Origin: Octopus bimaculoides
Taxonomy: Eukaryota
DNA length: 64,000 bases
NCBI RefSeq assembly: GCF_001194135.2
Contig: NC_068997.1
Coordinates: forward strand, 27,799,411-27,863,410
Direction: 5' to 3'
The position numbers and the translations under genes are program-made. The notes beneath the pieces are model-generated. The model did not search any database, was not told the origin of the DNA, and saw only the letters and a program-made list of their open reading frames with translations. Position 1 is the first letter of the stretch. Every line of letters starts with the position of its first letter. Positions 40,672-52,509 of the stretch are shown here, in pieces.

Positions 40672-42214
40672 GCACACACACATGCACACGCTCATACACA
40701 CACACACACATATAGATAGATACATATACATATATGTATTTATTTATATACATATATATATGTACATATCATCATCATCATCGTCATCATCGTCTGCTTT
40801 CCATGCTGGCATGGGTTGGATGATTTGACTGAGGGCTAGAGAGCCAGAAGGCTGCACCAGTCTCCAATACGATCTGGCAAAGTTTCTACAGTTGGATGCC
40901 CTCCCTAACACCAACCATCCAAGAGTTAACATTCAGACTACTCTTTCAAATGTAATGCTTATTTACTCACATCATCTTGAATTAATCATGCATTATCTCA
41001 TAGCTTCAATGACATGATTGTTTATTTTTAGAATGACATTGTAAGGTAGGTGTAAGAGCCTGGATCTGACTAGTTCGAACATAAAACAGGTAGCTGGATA
41101 CAGTTGGTTGAATTCCTAAAGAGTTCAACTGAGAGATTCAAGGTTTCTTGATTCTCTCCATTTAATGCTTTTTATCCATCTCTGGCTCAAAAAATAAAAA
41201 AACAACATGTAATGGGATGTAAGTAAATAAGATACCTGGGTTAAGATACCTGGTTTTGTCCTTCCATTATACTCTAGTCTCTCAACACCTGACATTAAAC
41301 CATCGTCCCCCCCGCCTCTAAAATGCTAATCTCTGTTTAGTTGAGGACGATTTTAACTTTTCCTGCTTTTTCCATTTTATGTTCATTTCTTGTTTCATAA
41401 ATTACTCATAAATTACTTATACAAATGGCATCCAACAGACTCTGTAAAGGGGTCGGCAACAGAAAGAACATCCAGCTGTAAACTCATGCCACAACTGATA
41501 TTGGAACTTGATGTAACCCCATGACTCACCAAATCCTGTCAAACTGTCCAACCTATTCTAGGATAGAAAAATGGACATGAAATGATGATGAGGGTGGTGG
41601 TGGTGGTGGTGATGATGATGTTGATGATTATGATAATGATGACTTAACCCAATGATAATGGATTTTTATCAGGCAACTAGGTTGCACTGATAGTAATTAT
41701 CTCAGCCAAGGTTAGCAATTAGCGCATGACAATGGTTTGGCATATATTTATGTCAACTGCTTTAAAGTATGCATTGTTTATTTATGTAAACTGTCATCAA
41801 TGCAAGGACCAAAAAGGACCATCCAGTTGGCACAGCTGGATGCGATTGTAAATTCCATGAAGGACCAGAAGAATTTGTTGAAATTGCATGAATATGAGAG
41901 GAAGTCTTAGTGGAAACGGTGATGTAACCACAAAAACTGCTGCTTTTTATACAATTATGGTGATGAAGCCTCGAACTGAGTTGGAAATATTTACATGAAG
42001 AATCTAACAAACCTATCAGATTCCTTGAAATTTGCATGGTGGCCTTTGTTATCGATTCTGTGAGAGATAGCAGATGTTTATATCAACTGGTACACAAACA
42101 AGTGCATAACCTCAGCCAATAGGGCTGCATATATTTTTGTCATCTGATTCAAAGCAAGTACACAGCACACGTAAATTTACATCAACCAATGTTATGGGGT
42201 TGGCAAGCCAAGTG

Positions 42215-42480
42215 AGATCGTTGCCAGGGCCCCTGGACTGGCTCTTGTGCGGGTGGCACATAAAAGACACCATTTCGAACGTGGCCGTTTTCGTGCGGGT
42301 GACACGTAAAAGCACCCACTACACTCTCTGAGTGGTTGGCGTTAGGAAGGGCATCCAGCTGTAGAAACTCTGCCAAATTAGATTGGAGCCTGGTGTTGCC
42401 ATCCGGTTTCACCAGTCCTCAGTCAAATCGTCCAACCCATGCTAGCATGGAAAGCGGACGTTAAACGATGATGATGATGA
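42215..42480 (+). mobile_element. Retroposon 3' end with (GAT)n tail, probably RTE-clade LINE derived
   Basis: gtggttggcgttaggaagggcatccagctgtagaaactctgcc...gtccaacccatgctagcatggaaagcggacgttaaac(gat)n; near-identical to 51985-52280. Clade is inferred from the 5' truncation and trinucleotide tail. Confidence 0.7.
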
Positions 42481-42525
42481 GATAACAATAGAAGTAGTGG
42501 GATAACAGTATTGTAACTAGGGCAA

Positions 42526-42737
42526 GGTGGCAAGCTGGCAGAAACGTTAGCACACCAGGCAAAATACTTAGCGGTTTTTCATCTGTCTTTATGTTCTGAG
42601 TTCAAATTCTGCCAGGGTCGACTTTGCCTTTCATGCTTTCAGGGTTGATAAATTAAGTAACAGTTGCGTATTGGAGTCAATCGAATCGACTAGCCCCCTC
42701 CCCCCAAATTTCAGGTCTTGTGCCTAGAGTAGAGAAA
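42526..42737 (+). mobile_element. SINE family B copy with 19-bp TSD
   Basis: TSD agtattgtaactagggcaa at 42507-42525 and 42738-42756; body matches the 9015 copy. Confidence 0.85.
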
Positions 42738-45700
42738 AGTATTGTAACTAGGGCAACAGATAAAGCAGTAAATGGCGAAATAGATAATGTAAAAAATGGG
42801 ATCAAGTACTGAATAGGACAACAGATAAAGTAGTAAGTGAACATATGTTGTGTATATATGTGTGCGTGAGTGTGAGTGTATGCATGTAGTAGTGTATTTG
42901 TGTGGGGGTTTGGGAGGGTTTATATACACATGTGGATGTGTATAGCTGTGTGGTTGTATGTATATGTGTGTAGCTGCATTTGCATATATGTTGTAGAGTG
43001 TGCTTGTGTACATGAGCATGCGTATGTGCATAGATGTGTGTGTTATTTCTTTACTACCCACAAGGGGCTCACAAATGTAAAAAATTGCAGTAAATGATAA
43101 AAGAAATTTTTTTTTTCTTATACCTGATATATATATAGATGTTTTACCAAATATATTTCCTGGGTGGTGCCATGATACAAGTTAACTCGTATCATTGGGC
43201 AAATTAAGGGTGTCTTTAGTGTTTCCACAACACACTCACAATGTTAGTTCCAGGCGCCAGTTCATTTTAAGCACGTTACAATAAAATAGACCTCTATGGG
43301 TATGTTCATACCTGGCAAAATTGTATAGATTGCCAACTATGAGATAACTCGTAGTTAGCAGTCAACATGTTAAACAATGATGATGATGATGATGATGAAT
43401 GCAAATGTAATTATCTTGTGTATAATACCTTTTATTGTGTTTTGTTATGTGCATGGTACCCCAATCCATGGAAAAATTGTCCTCTATAAAACCACTGTAG
43501 AGCAAAAGAGGTCAGTAATTGTTGCGCTCCAATATATGAATCACAGACCTACTGTGTCTCTTCTCTCTGACACTTCTTCTGATAGTATTGTGGCCTCTGC
43601 TCATCATATTAAATTAATCTCCCACTCATTTTACGACGGAGGTGGTTGCTCAATCTGCGAGAAATAAGAGCCAAAAAAGCAGGCACTTTAGATAAAAGAG
43701 GTTAAAGATAAATGCAAAAGAGATAACATTTCGTGAATATTATAGAGTTACTTCCCTTAACTAAATTTACCTGTGTGAGGAACATTTTATAATGACACTT
43801 TTATTCATCCTGTTGTCTGGACGACTCAGAGACTGGAGGCTCGAATGCAAAAATTATCAGTTCGAGAAAGAGAGAGAGAATATTTTAAAGGTGGTTTCAA
43901 AAAGCCTACAAAAGTTAACAAGTAGTTTACTTTCAATGATCTAATTTATAGAGCTCACTTTTATCTTTTTTTTTTTATCATCATTTTTAGTTTATAATGT
44001 TTCCTATCAACTTCCATCAGTCCGGAATTACCAAAAGACCGGCTATCTTATATATATAGATAAATATATATAGTAAAAGATATATATATATATATATATA
44101 TCTTTTACTTGTTTCAGTCATTTGACTGCAGTCATGCTGGGACGCCATCTTGAAGTGCTTTTAGTCAAACAAATGGACCCCCCCCCCAGGACTAATTNNN
44201 NNNNNNNNNNNNNNNNNNNNNNNNNNNNNNNNNNNNNNNNNNNNNNNNNNNNNNNNNNNNNNNNNNNNNNNNNCAGTCTCTTTTGCTGAACCTGAGATGT
44301 AAACACCAACATCGGTTGCAGTTTCTGAAAATCTTAGAGAAAATATGAAACTTTTTGTTTCCATGACAATAGTAAAGTAGTTCATATATTCCAATACAGT
44401 TGTCTTAGGAATTAAGTCTTTTAATAACAACACAACTCATTGCAGAACTTTAATATTTTGTCTTTTAATAACCAAAATAAAAAAAAAAGGAAATACTCAC
44501 ACACACACACACCAGAAGATCTTTAAATAAGAGAAGCTGACTAAAACCATTGTCCAGTTTAACACCACCACCACCACCACCACCACCACAACCACCTCTA
44601 CTACCACCTGGCCATTAGGGACCTTTGGCAGGGTCCATTTTATTGCAAACCTTTAAACCAGAGGTTAGGTCTAAGAATAATTCAATACTTTAATGAAAGA
44701 CTTCCTATTTCAAGTGCCCATCAGTCATTATTTTGTCTCTATTTTCCAGCCCCTACTCTTAAGGGGACTGGTATCCTACATAGAGTAGTGAGACAGATGT
44801 TACAATAAATGATGTGCCACCTCACAGATGTAATTTTTCTAGTAATGGGGCTTCAAGGAACATGGCTAAGTCATTGAATCCAAGATGATCTCCTGTCAGA
44901 ACTGATTTAAAGTCCAGAGAGAAATATGGAAATGACTTGCCCTTATAAACCCCTTGAAGATATTTGATCTAATTTATTTCATGAGGGAGAATCAAGTCAG
45001 AGTTGTGGTGAGAGTAGGTGGACTATGTTGTGCTGATTCTGTTGCACAGACATGTGAATTCAGATCCACAGTACTGAGGATGGGGAAACCCTCCCCCATC
45101 TGTTGTCAAAACCACAGCCATTAAAACATCACAAAATGACAATAACTGTAGCAATATCCCAACCAAATGCAACAGCAGAAGGGGTCAGCTACACTAGCAC
45201 AACCACTGGCCATAGGGTGGTCAGTGGCACAGAAGTGCCACCACTAGCCCAAATGACACAACAGTGACTTACTGATGCCCTTCTCCTCTGTCTCTTCATC
45301 AATCAATGAAGAAGAGAAAAAGAGATTGAGGTATGAATATGCAGTGAAGGGAAGAGGAAAAACAAGACCAGTGATGACCCAACACCACTAACCCAGCCCC
45401 ACCCTATACTTTTATTGACATCTTTAATGTTACACCCCTTAATCAACATCATTAAGTAACCCCTTATCAACATCTATAAAGTTTCACTCTCTTATCAGTA
45501 CCTCTAAGTACTGTTTGGAGAGGAAAGAAAAGACAGAGAGGGAGAGAGAGAGAAGTACTATAATTGAGTGAATTTTCTGTTAGTTGAGTGAGAGTGGTGA
45601 GTATGACTCAGATGAATGGAGCTGCTTTCAGCATGATTCTGGAGATTAATCATCATGGCGGGGGAGGTGGGAGAGCACTGATCCTTTGTAGTAGGTGTAA

Positions 45701-46202
45701 ACCCTGTGAGGTTTTCTGATAAGTCCCAGGTAGCCATCTACTCTTATTCCAATGTGTTATTTATACCATTCTCAGTATTTTCCAGGCCTGTAACCTCAAT
45801 CCCAGGTTCTGTGAAACACCCAGGTTTATATAATTCATTCATGTGACATTCCCTCAATCTTCAGTCTTGTGATGAATAAAGAATTATTGTTATTGTTTAA
45901 ATTTTCGTTTGGTAAGACAAAACTTGCATAACGAGTAAAAACTCATTGCTGGTTTTATAGTTTTCAAGGAGTTGATGGGATGTTGTTATTGTTGTTTAGG
46001 GCACTTATCTGTGAGCATAGTAGCAGTGGTGAGAGTTGTGGTGGTTGATGGAGAGAGAGAAAGGAGGAGTCAGTCAGGCACAGAGAGAGAGGAAAGAAGA
46101 AAGAGATATAAGGAGTGAGAGTGAAAGATGGTGGATGGAAGAGGCTGGAAAGACAGAGACAGGTTACACAGGCAAACACACATACACACACACACAGAGA
46201 AA

Positions 46203-46267
<65 letters not shown>

Positions 46268-46772
46268 NNNNNNNNNNNNNNNNNNNNNNNNNNNNNNNNN
46301 NNNNNNNNNNNNNNNNNNNNNNNNNNNNNNNNNNNNNNNNNNNNNNNNNNNNNNNNNNNNNNNNNNNNNNNNNNNNNNNNNNNNNNNNNNNNNNNNNNNN
46401 NNNNNNNNNNNNNNNNNNNNNNNNNNNNNNNNNNNNNNNNNNNNNNNNNNNNNNNNNNNNNNNNNNNNNNNNNNNNNNNNNNNNNNNNNNNNNNNNNNNN
46501 NNNNNNNNNNNNNNNNNNNNNNNNNNNNNNNNNNNNNNNNNNNNNNNNNNNNNNNNNNNNNNNNNNNNNTATATACATACATACATACATACAAAAACAC
46601 ATACTCAAACACATACATGCATTACATAGATATACATGTTTTATATGTATATATGCATATTACATACGTCTATTTAACTACATGATATAATATTGATATA
46701 TGTTATACAACATATATATAAATATTATGTATATACATATATAATATGTGTATTTATGAATGCATGTGTGTG

Positions 46773-46821
<49 letters not shown>

Positions 46822-46822
46822 A

Positions 46823-47391
46823 TTAGATGTCCATATTTTCAGATAGCAATTTCGAAGTTGGTAACGAGCCATCATGCATGTCCATTTCTTCTGTCATAAT
46901 GTCATTCTCCAAATTCTTTATGTTACGATAAAAACTCCTCTTCACAAAACCCCCATCATTCCAAGAAGTAACTGGCGATGTTTTATTCCTGTTGCTCCTG
47001 ATAACCATACAGACTGTTATGAGGATTAAAATGCATCCTCCAACTGCAGACAAACTGATGATCAATGTCTGACTGCTGTTGCCTTTCAAGAACGGTGATG
47101 ATAGAACTGAATGCTGAGATCCATTAACTGTTACATGTGTTCCAACTGCTATTGGTGGTGTCGTTACTTTTGGCGTTGTTGATGCAAGTTGATCCATCAC
47201 AGTTTGTATGATTTTCTTCTGGAGTTCTTTACTAACATTGTTTTTCGTATGCTCCCCTTTCACAATCCAAATGCTGTCCAAATCTTTACCATCTTGGACT
47301 TGTTCCCAGAACAAGTGAGTACAGTTGTACACTGTAAACCTTCCATAGCTGTTCAACGAGAATTCACTCTGGCGGAATGCTGTCCAATTAC
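46823..47391 (-). CDS. ACP7: ACP7-like purple acid phosphatase, terminal coding exon with stalk, transmembrane helix and cytosolic tail
   Basis: Acceptor taattgcag, phase 1 matching the previous donor. (G)NWTAFRQSEFSLNSYGRFTVYNCTHLFWEQVQDGKDLDSIWIVK matches the purple acid phosphatase C-terminal domain (W.A.R...YG......N.TH...Q). The frame stays open to TAA at 46825-46823 and includes hydrophobic LIISLSAVGGCILILITVCMVI followed by RSNRNK. Confidence 0.9.
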
Positions 47392-47639
47392 CTGCAATTA
47401 AAAAGAATAGAATGATTTAAAAAACAAAACAAAAAGAAACAAAAAAAAAAACTTAGGTGGTAAGAAGCTTGCTTCCCAACCACATAGCTCCAGGTTCAGT
47501 CTCAATATGTGGCACCTTGGGCAAGTGTCTTTTACTTTAGCCTTGAGCCAACTAAATCCTAGTGAGTAAATTTAGTAGGCAGAAACTGAAAGAAGCTTGT
47601 TGTGAATATACATACATTATATATATATATATATACATA

Positions 47640-48240
47640 CATGGTGCAGTGAATAAATTGTCGTTAAAATTAAATTGAAAATAACACTGACATCTCATTT
47701 TAACAGATATATTTACCAAAATTACATTAAAATATCTTGAAATACTAAAGAGTAAATTTATTCAATAAAATCGCCATTGGCTTCAACCACGGCTTCCAGA
47801 CGACTTCGGAATCTCCTGTAACTCTTCTGGATGGTCTCCTTGTTTAAGTTGGTGAATGCTGCCATAATCCTTACCTTCAGTTCATCTTTGGTGTTACAAG
47901 GACTTTTGTTGGTCAGTCACTCAGATGCATCCCACATATAATAATCAAGGGGGTTACAGTCTGGAGACTGGAGAGTTAGGTGGCCAGATGTTAGGGGTGA
48001 TGTGGTCGCAGAAATTGTCTGACAGTCATGACAAAATTCTCCTGCTTGTGTGGCATGGTGCAGAGTCCTGATGCCAGACAGGGTCTTCCAACAGACACCC
48101 TCTTGACCCAGGGCAGCACTACCTCCTCCAGGTACTTGATGTAGGCCTCCATGTTGAGTCCGAGGCCGTGTGGGAAGATGAATGGAGGCATAACGATGCC
48201 ATCACTAATGGTCACTCCAAATACTGTGATGCTGTTTTTC
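47640..48240 (-). mobile_element. Tc1/mariner-superfamily transposase 3' half, maT-like, in the last ACP7 intron
   Basis: ITVFGVTISDGIVMPPFIFPHGLGLNMEAYIKYLEEVVLPWVKRV...WPPNS..PDCNPLDYYMW...RFRSRLEAVVEANGDFIE* with frameshifts. A third catalytic D in NPLDY suggests maT/DD37D. A TA-flanked candidate terminus is at 47640. Confidence 0.8.
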
Positions 48241-48471
48241 TCATAGATGGAGCCCAACTGATCCTACTATAATGTATAGTCAACAAACTCAAAAACAAAC
48301 AATGCACATACGTGAAATTAAAAATATAAAATGGCAACAATTTACTCGTCGCACCTTATGTATTATGTGTGTGTATCTTTCTGTCTATGTTTGTCTCACC
48401 ATCACTGGTAAAAATATTTGTTATTCATGCACAAACCTTCTTTTAGTAGTAGACTGTTATACAGTGAAAGT

Positions 48472-48557
48472 TTTGTTAGTTACTATGGTGACAACACTTT
48501 ACCTATCTATCTGTCTTTCATACACACACACACTCTCTCTCTCTCTCTTACTGTATT

Positions 48558-48591
<34 letters not shown>

Positions 48592-48790
48592 GCTCTCATT
48601 CTCTCTCTCTGAATTTCTCAACAACAACAACTTGTCATTATAATGAAAGTCTTTTTTTAAACTCTGTATTGCCTTGCCTCTATGTTGAAAGGCATAGAGA
48701 AACACAGACACATTAGTTACTCGGGTGACAACACTACCTATCTATCTATGTATCTTTCACACACACTCTATCTTACTGTATTTCTCTCTT
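48472..48790 (+). repeat. Short direct duplication at about 240-bp spacing
   Basis: ttagttact..gtgacaacact..acctatctatct..tctttca..cacacactct..ttactgtattt at about 48476 and 48714. Confidence 0.6.
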
Positions 48791-51389
48791 GACAACAACT
48801 TCTTTTCCTCTCTTTCTAAATATATTTTGTGACAGGGATTATCTCCCCATTGATTCCTCTCCTTCTTCTCCTCCCTCACATATATCTTGTAATGGACAGA
48901 CAGAGGGAGATTGTCTTCTCTTTTATAATATAAGATGTGTGTGATTCTTGTCTTGATATCGTACTATAGTTATCAGCATTCATTACGGTCACACAAGTGG
49001 TATCATTTGTTTGGAATCTTCCAATAAAAACCATGCCTGACCATTATCTTATTGATGTTCAAAGATGCAGGAAGCAGTAATACCTTGCTTGGAAACAGGT
49101 GAAAATTGATGTCTGGAAGGCTGTCTGGCCATAGAAAATATATTTCAAAATATTTTGTCTGATCCATGCCGACATGGCAAAGTGGACATGAAAACTGATG
49201 ATGACAACAATAATTGCCATTTCCATAAAAGATCGAAGATTTGGTCAAACATTTTCAGGAATTTATCAGGTAAGTATGAGGAATTGGAGTGTAATAACAG
49301 TGTGAAATAACTAACAAAAATATATAAATAAATATAACTTATTCTTTCCCTCATGTATTTTACCATTCCTTCATTTTAGATTAACTGGAACAATTGTTAA
49401 CTGGAACAATAACAGAACATTTGAAGCAAGATGTTCTAACTATTTAAACTGACCAAAAGATAGTTTAATATAGAAGAGAGAACCAATTGCTACAATACAT
49501 GTAAAAGAGAGCCAAAATCCTTTAGAAAGTAGAAGAATGAAGCCCATAGCCTTCTGGGATAAAAGAATAGAGTTAATGAATTAAATGAGTTCAAATTGGA
49601 AAAAGAAAATAATACTGTTTCAAATTTCAACAGCAGAACCAAAAAAATAAATATTAAAATAAAACAAAACAGAAATGTCACAATCAAGTCAAACAAGGAT
49701 ATCCATCTGTCTGTCTGTCTGTCGGTCTGTATCTCTATCTATACAACGGCAAAAGCATGCATGCGAGTGTTAATAAATATATGTGTGCATACATATGTGT
49801 GAGTGTGTATGAGAGTGTAGATATATATATATATATANNNNNNNNNNNNNNNNNNNNNNNNNNNNNNNNNNNNNNNNNNNNNNNNNNNNNNNNNNNNNNN
49901 NNNNNNNNNNNNNNNNNNNNNNNNNNNNNNNNNNNNNNNNNNNNNNNNNNNNNNNNNNNNNNNNNNNNNNNNNNNNNNNNNNNNNNNNNNNNNNNNNNNN
50001 NNNNNNNNNNNNNNNNNNNNNNNNNNNNNNNNNNNNNNNNNNNNNNNNNNNNNNNNNNNNNNNNNNNNNNNNNNNNNNNNNNNNNNNNNNNNNNNNNNNN
50101 NNNNNNNNNNNNNNNNNNNNNNNNNNNNNNNNNNNNNNNNNNNNNNNNNNNNNNNNNNNNNNNNNNNNNNNNNNNNNNNNNNNNNNNNNNNNNNNNNNNN
50201 NNNNNNNNNNNNNNNNNNNNNNNNNNNNNNNNNNNNNNNNNNNNNNNNNNNNNNNNNNNNNNNNNNNNNNNNNNNNNNNNNNNNNNNNNNNNNNNNNNNN
50301 NNNNNNNNNNNNNNNNNNNNNNNNNNNNNNNNNNNNNNNNNNNNNNNNNNNNNNNNNNNNNNNNNNNNNNNNNNNNNNNNNNNNNNNNNNNNNNNNNNNN
50401 NNNNNNNNNNNNNNNNNNNNNNNNNNNNNNNNNNNNNNNNNNNNNNNNNNNNNNNNNNNNNNNNNNNNNNNNNNNNNNNNNNNNNNNNNNNNNNNNNNNN
50501 NNNNNNNNNNNNNNNNNNNNNNNNNNNNNNNNNNNNNNNNNNNNNNNNNNNNNNNNNNNNNNNNNNNNNNNNNNNNNNNNNNNNNNNNNNNNNNNNNNNN
50601 NNNNNNNNNNNNNNNNNNNNNNNNNNNNNNNNNNNNNNNNNNNNNNNNNNNNNNNNNNNNNNNNNNNNNNNNNNNNNNNNNNNNNNNNNNNNNNNNNNNN
50701 NNNNNNNNNNNNNNNNNNNNNNTATATATATATATATATGTGGGTGTGTATGTGTGGGTGTATGTATATATGTGTTTGTGTTTGTGGTTTGTGAAAAAAT
50801 CCAAATTAAGAAGGAGTTATCAAAAATGGTAAAAAAAAAATGCTGGGAAACACAAAAGTTAAATAAACTTGCCCGTGTTATTGAAATTTTCCTCAAATGT
50901 GGAATTATTATCAACTGAAATAATAAAATGAAAGAAAACGAAATAGAGAGAGAAATATTAATTTTATGAAGACACAAGACATGCTGTGAATGTTGGAGAA
51001 ATTTGGTCTTTTTATCAGATGAGCTTGTGGAATTATTGGGAAATGCTATAGAAAAACCATGTCTGTCTGTCTCTCCCTAGTTCCTTATTTATAGCTGTGT
51101 GGTTAAGAAGCTTGCTTCGTAACTATATGGTTTTGGGTTTAGTCCCACTCAGTGGAATCTTTGACAGGTGTCAACCAAAGCGTTGTGAGTGAATTTGGTA
51201 GATGGAAACTGTGTAGAAGCCAGTTGTGTATGTGTGTGTGTCCCTGCTGCCATAACTTGACAATTGGTGTTGGTTTGTTTACACTGCTGTAACTTAGCAG
51301 TTTGACAAATGGGATAAAATATGTACCCTGAACTGTAGGTCAGCAGAGGTAGGTCAGCAGAGGTGGCCAAATCATTGCTCCTCATCTCC

Positions 51390-51900
51390 CCCTGGCATCC
51401 ATCTTAACTCCTCACTCTTACTCTAAAGCCAACAAGAAGCTCATTCAGCTGCCTCTTTCATCCTGCACACAGCCTCCCTTCGCTCCTTTCTTCTCATTCC
51501 AATGGCTGTAAGCATCCTCCATGCCAACTGACAAGAGAACCCCCTACAGCCAACCTTGACTAGAAAAAGCCATACCTGCCATCCCTTCTCCCTGCAATCC
51601 TGCAGAAGGCTCTCATATTTGGCATGCTTCCATTCATGGTCTTCATCACACTCCTCTTCCCACAGGACTGTGAGCTCGGTTAAAATAATTTTCTTGGTCT
51701 TTTCAACCCACAGAACCGCATCTGGCCTCAAGGTTGCATGGATGACCTGGGGAAACTGCAGTCTCTCTCCTAGGTCCACCTTTATATCCCATGATTGGGA
51801 TCCAAGCAGCAAGCTATGTGTCATTTTTGTGGACTTTACTTGCCTCTCTCCCTCTCTCATGAACTTAATTGCTGCTGTTGCTTTCCACTGATAGTAATAT
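51390..51900 (-). mobile_element. Non-LTR retrotransposon C-terminal RLE domain (HERO/NeSL-like)
   Basis: TLRPDAVLW..KTKKIILTELTVLWEE...HEWKHAKYESLLQDCREKGW....VKVGCRGF, continuing AAE*ASCWL*; typical RLE PD/ELTVPWE/KY/VGCRGF pattern. Confidence 0.85.
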
Positions 51901-51984
51901 TTCTTAAGCCCTTCCTGCTTATGTAGATGTGAGCAAATGTCTCAAGCATTCTATCATGGCACCACTTATGTCCAACTCATATGT

Positions 51985-52280
51985 ATAGCGAGGTCGTTGC
52001 CAGTGCTGCTGGAGTGGCTCCCGTGCAGGTGGCACGTAAAATACACCATTTTGAGCATGGCCATTGCCAGAACCGCCTGACAGGCCCTCATGCCGGTGAC
52101 ACGTAAAAGCACCTACTACACTCTTGGAGTGGTTGGCGTTAGGAAGGGCATCCAGCTGTAGAAACTCTGCAAAATCAGATTGGAGCCTGGTGCAGCCATT
52201 CGGTTCACCAGTCCTCAGTCAAATCGTCCAACCCATGCTAGCATGGAAAGCGAACGTTAAACGATGATGATGATGATGAT
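51985..52280 (+). mobile_element. Retroposon 3' end with (GAT)n tail, same family
   Basis: Same conserved 3' block. More diverged copies at about 2778-2885(-), 5380-5755(+), 14641-14730(-), 15945-16080(+), 17990-18095(+), 19690-19795(+), 22080-22270(-), 29648-29915(-), 40769-40920(-), 41430-41600(+), 49065-49205(+). Confidence 0.7.
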
Positions 52281-52449
52281 NNNNNNNNNNNNNNNNNNNN
52301 NNNNNNNNNNNNNNNNNNNNNNNNNNNNNNNNNNNNNNNNNNNNNNNNNNNNNNNNNNNNNNNNNNNNNNNNNNNNNNNNNNNNNNNNNNNNNNNNNNNN
52401 NNNNNNNNNNNNNNNNNNNNNNNNNNNNNNNNNNNNNNNNNNNNNNNNN

Positions 52450-52492
<43 letters not shown>

Positions 52493-52509
52493 CACACACA
52501 CACATATGA

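Noticed and set aside
46840-46860. KLL near the ACP7 C-terminus as a dileucine sorting signal
   Set aside because: It lacks the acidic residue required for [DE]xxxL[LI] or DxxLL.
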